Positions 19,150 through 29,371 are shown, counted from the first letter of the stretch. The stretch: DNA of 52,665 nt from an uncultured Chloroflexia bacterium (GCA_963751345.1 CAVVUS010000004.1:1-52665); one strand, 5' to 3'. Program-made: numbers and translations. Notes: generated by a model from the letters alone, not told the origin.

Positions 19150-20094
19150 GTAGGGCTTCAGTCGGGCATCTGAACGCCGAAAAGCTGTATCCCTTCGAGT
19201 CGCACTGGTTCGAGGTGGGCGGGCAACGGATGCACTACCTCGACGAAGGGCCGCGCGATGGCATACCCGTGGTTATGTGCCACGGGAACCCCACGTGGTC
19301 TTTCTATTACCGCACATTGGTTCCCTCTCTCAGCGACACCTACCGCGTGGTGGTGCCGGACCACATTGGATGTGGGCTCTCCAGCAAGCCGCAGGACTAC
19401 ACTTACACCCTCGAACGGCACATCGGGAATCTGGAAGCACTCATCGAGCACCTCGGATTGCAGCGAATGGTCCTGGTCGTCCACGACTGGGGCGGCGCCA
19501 TCGGAATGGGGTTCGCCACCCGACACCCCGAGACCGTCGACCGATTCGTCATTTTCAACACTTCGGCGTTCTACATGCCGGCAGTGCCCTGGATCCTGAA
19601 AGTGGCACGCAGTCCGGTGCTGGGTGCATTGATGCTCCGCGGGCTGAACGCCTTCGCGGGGCTTGCCGTATGGCTAGCCGATGGAAGACCGCAAGCGTAT
19701 GACGCGCGACGTGCGGTCGGGCTACCTGGCCCCCTACCGCAACTGGCACGACCGAATCGCCATCTATCGCTTCGTCCAGGACATTCCCGTCACAGCGGAT
19801 CACCCCACGCGAGCAACGGTGGATGCCATCGATGCGAAACTTCCGATGTTTCGCGGGCGCCCGATGCTTATCGTCTGGGGTGCTAAGGACTGGGTCTTCA
19901 CCGTGAAGGACTTTCTGGCGGGATGGCGTGAGCGCTTCCCCGAGGCCGAAGTGCACGTCCTATCGGACGCCGGTCACTACGTCGTCGAGGATGCGCACGA
20001 GCGGATTGTGCCGTTGATGCTGAATTTCCTGGAGAGGACGGGAGAAAGCGATCAGCGGTCAGCATCAGGACAAGAAATAAGGAGTAGGGAGTAA
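19143..20094 (+). CDS. oleB: OleB beta-lactone decarboxylase (haloalkane dehalogenase-like hydrolase); frameshift near 19680
   Basis: HGNPTWSFYY, VHDWGG (Asp nucleophile), then in the second frame RFVQDIP and AGHYVVED. Confidence 0.87.
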
Positions 20095-20179
20095 GAAGTA
20101 TGCTACGAAGTCGAGTCTTACTCCCTACTTCGTACTCCTTGTCTGATCGCTGATAGCTGACCGCCAAAAGCCAATAGCT
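20047..20179. repeat. Nested inverted heptamer-repeat palindrome between oleB and oleC
   Basis: Left arm AGCGATC-AGCGGTC-AGC...GGAGTAG-GGAGTAA-GAAGTAT. Right arm TCTTACT-CCCTACT-TCGTACT...CTGATCG-CTGATAG-CTGACCG. Confidence 0.75.
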
Positions 20180-20180
20180 C

Positions 20181-22016
20181 ATGACCCAACCGTATAACAT
20201 CGCCAGTGCGCTCGCCGACATGGCCGAACGCGCGCCCTACCAACCGGGCGTGATCTTTCCTGCCGGGCGCGACACCGGGGGCCGGGCAAAGGTGGTCCAG
20301 TTCAGCTTTCGGCAGTTGAATGAGGAGTGTGATCGCTACGCGCACGGCCTGAGCAACATGGGCATCCGCCGTGGCGACCGAGTCCTGCTGCTCGTGCACC
20401 CCGGGGTCGAATTGATCGCCGTTGTCTTCGCGTTGGTGAAAATGGGAGCCGTGCCTGTGTTGATCGACCCCGGCATGGGGCGGCGAGCGTTCCTCCAGTG
20501 CGTCGCCGAGACCGAACCCAAGGCTATGATCGGGCTCCCGGTGGCCCACGTGCTGCGCAAGCTCGTGCCCAAGCCCTTTGCCACCATCGAGCACTCGGTC
20601 GTGGTGGGCGGGCCGGCGATCTTTGCGGGGCTCCTGGCCGATGCAAGCCTGGAACACCTGCGGGTGCAAGGATGTCCTCCCTTCCCCGTCGCGGAGACAA
20701 CGACGGAAAGTGAGGCCGCCGTCGCTTTCACATCGGGCAGTACTGGCATCCCCAAGGGGGTCGTTTACCACCACGGGATGTTCAAGGCACAGATCGAGCT
20801 GCTTCGCACTACGATCGGCATCGAGCCCGGCGAGGTCGATCTGGCGCTGCTCTACGTCTTCGCCCTCTTCAATCCGGCCCTGGGCGTCACGACCGTGATC
20901 CCGGATATGGATCCGACGAAGTCTGCCGAGGTCGATCCGGCTAAAGTGGTCGAAGCCATCCAGACGTACGGCGTCACCAATGCCTTCGGTTCGCCCACCA
21001 TCTGGAAGCGAGTGGTACCCTATTGCCAGGAGCGCGGCATCCGGCTTCCCTCGATTAGGCGCGTGCTGATGGCCGGTGCACCTGTGCCTCCGGATCTCAT
21101 CGACGCGCTCCAGACCGATGTGCTGAGCGACCGGGCCAAGGTATTGACACCCTTTGGGGCCACCGAGGCGATGCCCCTCACCTCCATCAACGGGCACGAG
21201 ATTGCGGACGAGACCGCGACAATGACAGAGGCGGGGCACGGGATGTGCGTGGGCACGCCCCTTCCGGGGATCACGATGAGGATCATCAAGATCACGGATG
21301 ACCCGATTGCCGAGTGGGACGAGCATCTGGCTGTGCCCCAGGGCGAGATCGGCGAGATCGCAGTCAAGGGTCCCGTGGTCACGCGCAGCTATCTCAACCG
21401 GCCCGAGCAGACGGCCCGCGCCAAGATCCGGGAGGGAGATGAGGTATGGCACCGCATGGGGGATCTGGGGTATTTCGACGCACAGGGGCGCCTGTGGGTC
21501 TGCGGGCGAAAGTCTCACCGGGTACGAACTGCCGGTGGCACGCTCTTCCCCGTGATGTGCGAGACGATCTTCAACCGGCACCCCAAAGTGGCCCGAACTG
21601 CGCTGGTCGGCGTGGGTCCGGGCGATGGCCAAGCGCCCGTGCTCGTGGTCGAGCCGTCACCCGGCGCATTCCCTGCGACGCTCTTGGAGCGTCAGCGCTT
21701 GACGATGGAACTCCTGTCCCTCGGCGCAGCGCACGAACATACCCGCGCCATTCAGCAGGTGCTCTTCTATCCCGACACATTTCCTACGGACGTGCGGCAC
21801 AACGCGAAGATCCAGCGCGAGAAACTGGCCATCTGGGCGACAGGGCAACAGCGAAAGCACGGCCATCGCCTGCTTCGACGACTTAGCGCGGACGTCACCT
21901 ACAGGGGAAAGCCGGGATCGCGAAAGCATGTGGGGGACCTCCTCGGCCTTCTAGGCCTAGTCGCGGGGCTGGGCGCCTCCCTGTGGCTGTTGCTGGGACG
22001 CCACCGGAAGGACTGA
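20181..22016 (+). CDS. oleC: OleC beta-lactone synthetase (AMP-binding family) with C-terminal hydrophobic tail
   Basis: FTSGSTGIPKG, TPFGATE, WHRMGDLG..WVCGRKSHRV, FPTDVRHNAKIQRE. Confidence 0.9.
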   Translation: MTQPYNIASALADMAERAPYQPGVIFPAGRDTGGRAKVVQFSFRQLNEECDRYAHGLSNMGIRRGDRVLLLVHPGVELIAVVFALVKMGAVPVLIDPGMGRRAFLQCVAETEPKAMIGLPVAHVLRKLVPKPFATIEHSVVVGGPAIFAGLLADASLEHLRVQGCPPFPVAETTTESEAAVAFTSGSTGIPKGVVYHHGMFKAQIELLRTTIGIEPGEVDLALLYVFALFNPALGVTTVIPDMDPTKSAEVDPAKVVEAIQTYGVTNAFGSPTIWKRVVPYCQERGIRLPSIRRVLMAGAPVPPDLIDALQTDVLSDRAKVLTPFGATEAMPLTSINGHEIADETATMTEAGHGMCVGTPLPGITMRIIKITDDPIAEWDEHLAVPQGEIGEIAVKGPVVTRSYLNRPEQTARAKIREGDEVWHRMGDLGYFDAQGRLWVCGRKSHRVRTAGGTLFPVMCETIFNRHPKVARTALVGVGPGDGQAPVLVVEPSPGAFPATLLERQRLTMELLSLGAAHEHTRAIQQVLFYPDTFPTDVRHNAKIQREKLAIWATGQQRKHGHRLLRRLSADVTYRGKPGSRKHVGDLLGLLGLVAGLGASLWLLLGRHRKD

Positions 22017-22036
22017 AGTCGCACCTACGACCCGCT

Positions 22037-23053
22037 ATGGACACGAAAGAACGGCAACCGAACCACGCCCTCGTGACGGGCGGAGGCGGCTTCCTCGGCC
22101 GCTACATTGTCGAACAGCTCCTGACACGCGGCGATCGGGTCACCGTCTTTGCGAGAGGTAACTACCCCGAACTTGTGGCCGCCGGCGCGCGACTGATCCG
22201 GGGCGATCTGCAGGATCGCGAGGCGATCGCTGCAGCGTGCGCGGGTGTGGAGGTCGTCTACCACGTGGCGGCCAGGGCGGGACTGTGGGGACCGTGGGAT
22301 GACTTCTACGGCGTGAACGTTACCGGCACGGAAAACGTGATCGCCGCCTGCCGCGCCAAGGGTGTCCGAAGCCTGGTCTACACCAGCTCTCCCAGCGTCA
22401 TCTTCGACGGTACCGACCAGACGGGGGTGGATGAAAGCGTCCCCTACCCCAACCACTACGAGAGCCCCTATCCCGAGACCAAGGCTCTCGGCGAGCAGCG
22501 AGTCATCGACGCCAATGGTAGCGATCTGTGGACGGTCTCGCTGCGCCCCCATCTCATCTTCGGCCCCCGCGACAACCACCTGCTCCCTGCACTGGTCGAT
22601 CGCGCCCAGCACGGGCGCTTACCCCAGGTGGGCGACGGCACCAATCGCGTCGACCTGACTTACGTGGAGGACGCGGCACGGGCCCACCTGCTGGCTGCGG
22701 ATGCCCTCGGCCCCAACAGCCCGGTATGCGGCCATGTCTATTTCATCACCCAGGATGAGCCGGTCGTGCTCTGGACGTGGATTGGCGAGTTCCTTGCCAG
22801 GCTCGGACTGCCGCCCATCAGGCTCAAGGTCCCGCTGGGCCTGGCGCGAGGTGCCGGGGGCGTGATGGCGAGAGTCTTCCAAGCCCTCAGTCTCAAAGGT
22901 GAGCCACCGCTGACCCCCTTCCTGGCCAGCGAGCTGGCCCAAAGCCACTTCTACGACATCAGTCGGGCCAAGGATGACTTCGGGTACCGTCCCCTCCACT
23001 CGATGGCCGAGGCCACCGATCGCACGATCCGGTGGTTGAAAGCCAACCTCTAG
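22037..23053 (+). CDS. oleD: OleD 2-alkyl-3-oxoalkanoate reductase (3-beta-HSD-like extended SDR)
   Basis: TGGGGFLG, YTSSPSV, YPETK (YxxxK), SLRPHLIFGP. Follows oleC. Confidence 0.88.
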   Translation: MDTKERQPNHALVTGGGGFLGRYIVEQLLTRGDRVTVFARGNYPELVAAGARLIRGDLQDREAIAAACAGVEVVYHVAARAGLWGPWDDFYGVNVTGTENVIAACRAKGVRSLVYTSSPSVIFDGTDQTGVDESVPYPNHYESPYPETKALGEQRVIDANGSDLWTVSLRPHLIFGPRDNHLLPALVDRAQHGRLPQVGDGTNRVDLTYVEDAARAHLLAADALGPNSPVCGHVYFITQDEPVVLWTWIGEFLARLGLPPIRLKVPLGLARGAGGVMARVFQALSLKGEPPLTPFLASELAQSHFYDISRAKDDFGYRPLHSMAEATDRTIRWLKANL

Positions 23054-24207
23054 AGCGCTTGCGCCAGGATCCGTGCCAACTCCTGATCTGTGAGCTTGAT
23101 GGGGTTGCCCTTCATACTGCTGGAGCGCTGGGTCTTGTCGATGATCTCGGGGAAATCAGTCTCAGCAACGCCGTAGGTCGCCAGACCCGGCACGCCGAGC
23201 GTTGCACACAGAGCGCCGACCCACGCGACCCCGTCTGCGGCTGTAGTGTCGAAGTCGCCGGTGAGGATCGCGGCAATCTCGTCAAAGCGAGAGAGGGCAG
23301 GGTTTTCGGGCTCGCGTGATCCGAGAGCTTCGACATTGGCCTCCATCACATAGGGCAGCAAGCGACCGCAGATGGCACCGTGCGGGGCATGACTGTACAT
23401 CCCACCCAGGACACCCGCAAAGCCATGGACTGCACCGAGCTTGGCATTGGCGAGCGCAAGACCGCCCAGCAGGCTGACCAAGGACATGTCCTCTCGCGCC
23501 TCGGGATCACTGCCATCCTCAAAGGCGCGCAGCAGTGACTCTGCCGCCCGCCACAACCCCTCACGACAGAATGTGTCCGTAATGGGGTTGGAGAGTTGCG
23601 AGACGTAAGGCTCCAACACCTGCGTGAAAGCGTCCAGCCCGGTACTCGCCGTCACCTCGGGCGGCATGGAGTGTGTCAACTCGGGGTCGACGAGGGCCAC
23701 ACGCGGCAGGATGAGGGCTCCGCGCAAGCTCACTTTGACGCGATGCTCGGGCGACGCCAGCACGGCGTTCGCCGTCACCTCCGCCCCCGTGCCCGCCGTG
23801 GTGGGGATGGCGATGTAGGGCGCCGAGCGCTTGGTGATCGGCTGACCGCGGCCAATCACCTCGAGGTAATCGAGGGGCACCCCGCCGTTGGTCAACAGGG
23901 CGGCGATCGCCTTGCCGGTATCGATCACGCTGCCGCCGCCGATGCCGATGACCATATCGCAGCCCGCCTCTCGCGCCCGTTCGACCCCCTCGCGGACGAG
24001 CTCCGTCGTGGGTTCGTGGGTCACCTCGAACGGCACACTGGAGATACCCGCTGTCTCCAGAGACTCAAGGACGGACGCCACACGTGTGCGATCCCGGTCG
24101 GCGATCGTCAGCGCCCTCGTGCCGAAGGGCTTCGCCAGTTCTCCCACCTCACGCGCTCTGCCTGGCCCGAAGATAATCCGATCTGGTGCAGCAAACGCGA
24201 ACCTCAT
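23050..24207 (-). CDS. Iron-containing alcohol dehydrogenase
   Basis: GGGSVIDTGK, PTTAGTGAE, GLDAFTQ, LGAVHGFA, PHG. Confidence 0.93.
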   Translation of the reverse strand: MRFAFAAPDRIIFGPGRAREVGELAKPFGTRALTIADRDRTRVASVLESLETAGISSVPFEVTHEPTTELVREGVERAREAGCDMVIGIGGGSVIDTGKAIAALLTNGGVPLDYLEVIGRGQPITKRSAPYIAIPTTAGTGAEVTANAVLASPEHRVKVSLRGALILPRVALVDPELTHSMPPEVTASTGLDAFTQVLEPYVSQLSNPITDTFCREGLWRAAESLLRAFEDGSDPEAREDMSLVSLLGGLALANAKLGAVHGFAGVLGGMYSHAPHGAICGRLLPYVMEANVEALGSREPENPALSRFDEIAAILTGDFDTTAADGVAWVGALCATLGVPGLATYGVAETDFPEIIDKTQRSSSMKGNPIKLTDQELARILAQAL

Positions 24208-24224
24208 ACTCCCCTCCTTAGCGG

Positions 24225-24641
24225 TTAGGCAACGATCTCAGGATAGGACTTGAAGATGTCCTCGTACTCCTGAGTGATCTCATCCCAACCGCGCGTACCG
24301 GAATCGACAGCGATGTCCAGAAACCTTAGGCGGCCTAGAGCTTGATGGGCAGTCGCCAGTTTCCCCAGGGTGTTGAGCCTTCTGTCCAGCCCGACACACA
24401 TGGTCGATCCAAATGCGAAGATTGCGCCCACAATACAGGCCAGCCGCCAGCCCGACGTGCCCTGACCTACGACAGGACCCATGGCAGCGGTCAGCGCCGT
24501 CACCAAGGTAGCAACAGATGAACTGACGACGCTCGACACTAGCAGCCACGTATTCTGCTTCCGCAGACGCTGCACCTGCCCTTCAACGTGCTGCAGGCTC
24601 TCTCTGATTCTCTTCGTCACAGGTCCGTGGTTCTCTTCCAT
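24225..24641 (-). CDS. Two-TM protein, SLATT/DUF4231-like
   Basis: GGAGGGGGAG RBS. Helical N-terminus, two TM segments and a helical C-terminus. The family call rests on architecture only. Confidence 0.6.
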   Translation of the reverse strand: MEENHGPVTKRIRESLQHVEGQVQRLRKQNTWLLVSSVVSSSVATLVTALTAAMGPVVGQGTSGWRLACIVGAIFAFGSTMCVGLDRRLNTLGKLATAHQALGRLRFLDIAVDSGTRGWDEITQEYEDIFKSYPEIVA

Positions 24642-24675
24642 CGCTCTCCCCCCTCCTGTGTAGCCGACCAATGCC

Positions 24676-24769
24676 CCGCTTGAGATAGCGCCAACCGATG
24701 CTATAGTAGTCGACATTCAGGCATCCAGCAAACTCCATCGGTTAGCCCTCAAGGAGACAAGCCTGTGAA
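24676..24769 (+). repeat. 94-bp promoter/leader repeat, copy 1
   Basis: Gapless match to 27064-27157 (78/94 identical by hand count). Contains TTGAGA-16-TATAGT with a TG extension, an AGGAG RBS and the GTG start. Confidence 0.85.
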
Positions 24770-25959
24770 ACACAACCCGGATCCGGACCTGCTTGCGGCG
24801 ATTCAGGAAATCAGGGCTGTCGATAATCACTCACACGCCCAGCCGGCGCAGAAACCGGACCCCTCCCAGCGGGAACGGCCCGATCCTCTCGGCAAGGCCC
24901 CGTTTCCCTACCCCGTCCGTCTTCGTGTCACCAACCCCGAGTACATCGAGGCGTGGCGCGCTCTCTACGGGTACCGGTACGAGGATATGGCTGAGGAGCA
25001 CGTGCGCGAAGCGCTAAACGCCAAGCTCGATCTGATGGCGCAAAAAGGGACCGCGTATCCATCGTGGGTGCTGGATCAAGCCGGAATCGAGATCCAGCTC
25101 GTCAACACCTGGAGCTTAGGGCCAGGGCAAGAGAGACCTCGTTTCCGCTGGGCGACCTTCGCGGACGCGTTGCTCCAGCCGTTCTCCCCGGACAAAGAGT
25201 CCAATGGGTCGCCGCCCACCATAGACGCATACCTCGACACGATCGTCAGACCGCAGATCGAGGAATGGAAGGCGGCGGGTGCCCTCGCAATCAAGTTCGG
25301 CATCGCTTATAGGCGCTCGCTCGATGTCGCCGATGTCTCAGCCGCAGAAGCCGGGGCAATCTACGAGCGTCGCCTCAGTAAAGACGAGCTGTCGGCACAG
25401 AGATGATAGGGTGCTGGAGGACTTCCTCTTCCGGGCGGTATCCCGCGAGGCCGGTGCACACGGACTGACCGTGCATATCCACACCGGTGTCGGCGCGCAG
25501 CCATTCTTTGGCATCAGTGGTGCCAATCCGATGCTCCTGGAGTCAACATTCAACGACGAAGCGCTGCGCGAGACGCGCTTTGTGATGCTGCACGGGGGGT
25601 GGCCTTTTGAACGAGAGACCGGCGTGATGCTGATGAAGCCGAATGTGTGGCTCGATTTCTCGGCACAGCCGTTCCTACGGTCGACGCACGCCCTCAGCAA
25701 AACGCTGCAGGGCTGGCTCGAGTGGTATCCGGAGAAAGTCCTCTTCGGCACGGATGCCTATCCGGACGACACGCCACTTGCCAACTGGGAAGAGAAAACG
25801 TGGCTCGTCGCCAGAACTGCGCGACGAGCACTCGCGCTTGCCCTCACGGGAATGTTGGCAGCCAGACAGATCACGCGTTCGCAGGCCGAGCACTTGGCAC
25901 ACATGGTGCTGCGCGGCAACGCGATGGACCTCTACGGCCTACGCGGCCAAGGTACGTGA
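24765..25959 (+). CDS. Amidohydrolase-family metallohydrolase; frameshift near 25400
   Basis: VDNHSH, HIHTG, LHGG and FGTDAY motifs spread across ORFs 24765..25406 and 25279..25959. Confidence 0.85.
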
Positions 25960-26055
25960 ATGGCTGCTATGTCAGTGTCGGGCCGTCTCGCCACCTCCGA
26001 GCTGTGAGCCTGAGCCGTTCTGGGAGGAGATGCGGGGCCGCGCCCCTGACCGCCC

Positions 26056-26946
26056 TCAAGGTACACCAAGCACGCGCTGTGCGTACTCTTGCACGGTACC
26101 AAGTGTGATGGGGAACACCTTGAGGAGTTCCTCCATATCGATCACATCACCCCTAGCAAGACACCGCAAAATCGCCGGAAACGACTGCTCCAATGGGTCC
26201 GTTGCCCCTGCTTGCTGTGCCGCAAGGGCCCCTTCAGGGACGAACTGCAGGTCGAATGGGCGCCCCCCCGTCTGCTCAAAGATGTGAACGACCTCCAGAG
26301 GGCTCAAGGCCTCGGGGCCCCCAATCATCAGCTTGGCATTCTGCGCCGCTGGGTTTTCGAGACTGGCCACGGCGAACTGCGCGACGTCGCCCGCCGAGAT
26401 CCAGCTGATCGCGTTCTTACCGCTGCCGTAGATCTGAGCCTTGGCATTGGCGGCATCGAACCCTATCACTGGGCTTATCCAGCGCTCCATTGTGAGGGTC
26501 GGCTGCAAGATAGTGTAGGTCAGACCACTCGCCTCAAGATAGGCTTCGACACCACGCTTGGCATCAGCGAGAGGAGAGGAGAGATCCAGATGCCTGGAAA
26601 ACGACAGGTAGACGAAATGCTGCACACCCGCTGCCTTGGCGGCGTCAATGAGGCTGATGTGTCCCTCATAATCGACAGCCTGAATGTCGTTACCGCCAGG
26701 CTGATAGGCAAACGGTGCCGCTGACAGGGCAGCGAACACCGACTTGGCGCCGTGGCACGCAGCGTCCAGGGAGGCACGTTCCCGCACGTCGCCCACCCGG
26801 ATCTCCGCCCCATACCCAGACAACGCGTCCACTTTCGCCTGGTCCGATGTCGCCCTCACCAGCGCCCTGACAGGTTTCCCGGCAGCAGTGAGATGACGAC
26901 AGATCTCACGACCCATCAATCCTGTGGATCCGACTACGAGATTCAT
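26056..26946 (-). CDS. NmrA-like / atypical SDR NAD(P)-binding protein
   Basis: VVGSTGLMG, LIDAAKAAGVQHFVYLS, ISAGDVA, GGPEALS. AAGGAG RBS. Confidence 0.9.
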   Translation of the reverse strand: MNLVVGSTGLMGREICRHLTAAGKPVRALVRATSDQAKVDALSGYGAEIRVGDVRERASLDAACHGAKSVFAALSAAPFAYQPGGNDIQAVDYEGHISLIDAAKAAGVQHFVYLSFSRHLDLSSPLADAKRGVEAYLEASGLTYTILQPTLTMERWISPVIGFDAANAKAQIYGSGKNAISWISAGDVAQFAVASLENPAAQNAKLMIGGPEALSPLEVVHIFEQTGGRPFDLQFVPEGALAAQQAGATDPLEQSFPAILRCLARGDVIDMEELLKVFPITLGTVQEYAQRVLGVP

Positions 26947-27063
26947 GGCTACAACTCCTTATCTGTTGTGATTCGCTTCAATACCCATGTTTTCACAGTA
27001 ACAGGCCACCGTCACGAGACCGTTACGAAACGTGTGCCGGGTCCTTCCCGGAAAGGCGGATAT

Positions 27064-27157
27064 CCGCTTGAGATCACATTAGCCGGTGCTATAGTAGTCG
27101 ACATTCAGGCATCGATCGAGCTCCGTCGGCTAGCCCTCCAGGAGAGAGGCCTGTGAA
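27064..27157 (+). repeat. 94-bp promoter/leader repeat, copy 2
   Basis: Direct repeat of 24676-24769, 2388 bp downstream, also ending at a GTG start codon. Confidence 0.85.
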
Positions 27158-28420
27158 TCCGATACTTCCTGTGCAGTACTTCATTCCCGACGTAGAGGCG
27201 CGTCAGTGGAAGGATGGGCGCGTCTACCTGTACGGTTCCTTTGACATCAGCGGCGACACGACTTACTGCAGCCACGAGTACCACGTCTTCTCCTCGGACG
27301 ATCTGCAGACTTGGGTCGACCACGGCGTGAGCTTCCGCTCGGCCGACATCCACTCGGACCCGACGAGCCAACTCTACGCGCCGGACTGCATTTGCAGGGA
27401 CGGCACCTACCACCTAGCCTACTGCGCCTCGGACGGCCACGAGGGCCTTGCCATCAGCGAATACCCGTATGGTCCCTTTGGAGACGCCTACGGGGTGCAG
27501 GGCGCGGACGGCGATGGGATCGACCCGGCGATGCTGGTGGACGACGATGGCGCCGTCTACTACTTCTGGGGGCAGTTCGAACTGCGTGGCGCGCGGATGA
27601 AGCCGGATCTCAGCGGGATCGATCCTGCGACGCGCGTGAGACCGGTCATCTCTGAAGCTGATCACGGCTTCCACGAGGGTGCCTCGATCCGCAAACACAA
27701 CGGCCTCTACTACCTGGTCTATACGGACATCAGCCGCGGACGTGCCACCTCGATGGCCTACGCCACAAGTCATTCGCCTCTCGGCCCATACGAGAAGGGC
27801 GGCATCCTCATCGACAACACCGGCTGTGACCCTGAGACGTGGAACAACCACGGCTCGATCGCCGAGTTCAACGGTCGATGGTACCTTTTCTACCATCGTT
27901 CCTCGCAAGCCAGCCGTTTCAACCGCAGGGTCTGTATCGAGCCGATCAGCTTCAACGCGGACGGCAGTATCGATGAAGTCGAAATGACGACGCAGGGCGT
28001 CTCGGGTCCGCTCGATGCGACCAGGCGATGGACGCCTACCGGGCATGCCTGCTCTCGGGCCAGGTCAGAACACAATCGATGCCTCCCTCTGACGACGCGC
28101 CACGGCTGGAGCGAACACCTCACCATGATCCAAAACGGCGATTGGGCCGCCTACAAGTATCTTGACTTCGGTGATGGCGTTAGTCGCTTCCACGCACGTG
28201 CCGCCAGCCTGGCCTACGGAGGCACGATCGAGGTCCACCTCGATGACGCCGACGGTCCGCTGGTCAGCGTCTGCGACGCGCCACACACGGGCGGTTGGCA
28301 GAGGTGGGCTGCGTCTCAGTCGCCGGTGACGACACCCATCTCGGGATCCACGCGGTCTGTCTTGTCTTCCAGGGTGGCGCGCATCGCCTCTTCGACCTTG
28401 AGGGCTTCCGGTTTGAGTGA
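27153..28420 (+). CDS. GH43 glycoside hydrolase with C-terminal CBM6-like domain (frameshifts in the 3' part)
   Basis: IPDVEAR..GRVYLYGS, LYAPD, IDPAMLVDDDG, FHEG, NNHGS; then NGDWAAYKYLDFG..TGGWQ. The likely true end is GIHAVCLVF...FRFE* at 28420. No signal peptide. Confidence 0.9.
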
Positions 28421-28690
28421 GCAACTAGGGAACGGCTGATGGTACCGATGAGGTACTCACCCCGAGTTGGGTGTCCGAAATAGAACATTCGTGCTATACT
28501 AGAGACATCTGGCGGTTCAAGGGATCCGCTCCCGCACCACCGACGAATCGGAACGAACGTTGTTGGGTTGTTGACACGCGCTGCCCTACACCTATGGCAC
28601 AGCGGCAGCAAACGCCCGTTGCCACAGAGTTGCCTTCCGAAGCCGGTTGCATAGGCGGCAAAACAAGACGGCAAGCAGAAGGAGAGTAGT

Positions 28691-29371
28691 ATGGGTGCAA
28701 ACGGATACACAGTCAGACCAATCTACGCCGAAGATCTGGACGCCGTTGCCAGCATGTGTTGGGAAAACCGTGAGACACAACTCAGGATCCTGGAGAAACA
28801 GGAGATTCTGGGCATAGGCGCGTGGGATGGCGAGGACACGTGTGTGGGCTCTCTGCACTGCTACTGCGTTACCCTCCCCGAATGGGACGATAGGGACTTC
28901 CCCGGCTATGGTCGCGCACGGTTGGAGGACTGGCCCCTAGGATGGCCGCTGCTTGCTGCCCGGGAAAAGGGGCTCCGGTTCTCGGGCCCGGTCTGGGGCC
29001 AGGCGTGCGTTCACGTGGGTATCCTTCCCAGCACGTGGCAGGCGGATCCCGGCTACTTCCACAAGGGCATCGGCACGGCCTTACTGGAGGCGTCGGTCGC
29101 GTGGGCTCGCGAACACGACTACGCGGGCATCATCGCGCACGGGGGTCCCAAGATCATCCCGGCCTACAACCTGATGATGGGATGCCTTCCGTGGACCTCC
29201 TATGGGAAGCTGGGGTTTGAGACGATGGCCTACGAGGAGGACGCCCTGCGCCTTCCGTGGTGGGTCGAGACCAAGGGTGAGGCCATCAAGGCTCAGGTGG
29301 ATCAGGCACTCTCAGAAGGTCGAGACATAAAAGATATCGCAGCTCGGCTGATGGTCCTTCGACTTGACTGA
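28691..29371 (+). CDS. GNAT-family acetyltransferase-like protein
   Basis: YFHKGIGTALLEA motif A and YGKLGF. AAGGAG RBS. Confidence 0.75.
   Translation: MGANGYTVRPIYAEDLDAVASMCWENRETQLRILEKQEILGIGAWDGEDTCVGSLHCYCVTLPEWDDRDFPGYGRARLEDWPLGWPLLAAREKGLRFSGPVWGQACVHVGILPSTWQADPGYFHKGIGTALLEASVAWAREHDYAGIIAHGGPKIIPAYNLMMGCLPWTSYGKLGFETMAYEEDALRLPWWVETKGEAIKAQVDQALSEGRDIKDIAARLMVLRLD

Noticed and set aside
19143-20094. Haloalkane dehalogenase
   Set aside because: Same fold family, but the position between oleA and oleC indicates OleB.
20118-21632. Long antisense ORFs (also 4766..6091, 11570..12796, 43443..44615, 46294..47733)
   Set aside because: They are shadow frames of well-supported genes in GC-rich DNA and carry no motifs.
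24224-24747. Integron attC sites (GCCTAAC at the 24225 stop, GTTAGCC at 24741, GTTAGGC at 32379)
   Set aside because: These are isolated 7-mers without paired R''/L''-L'/R' boxes at proper spacing, and no intI is present.
24676-27157. CRISPR array or IS terminal repeats
   Set aside because: There are only two direct copies 2.4 kb apart, with no spacers, cas genes, transposase or target-site duplication.
28492-28690. Riboswitch in the long leader of the GNAT gene
   Set aside because: An extended -10 (TGCTATACT) is present, but only short GC stems follow and no recognisable aptamer.
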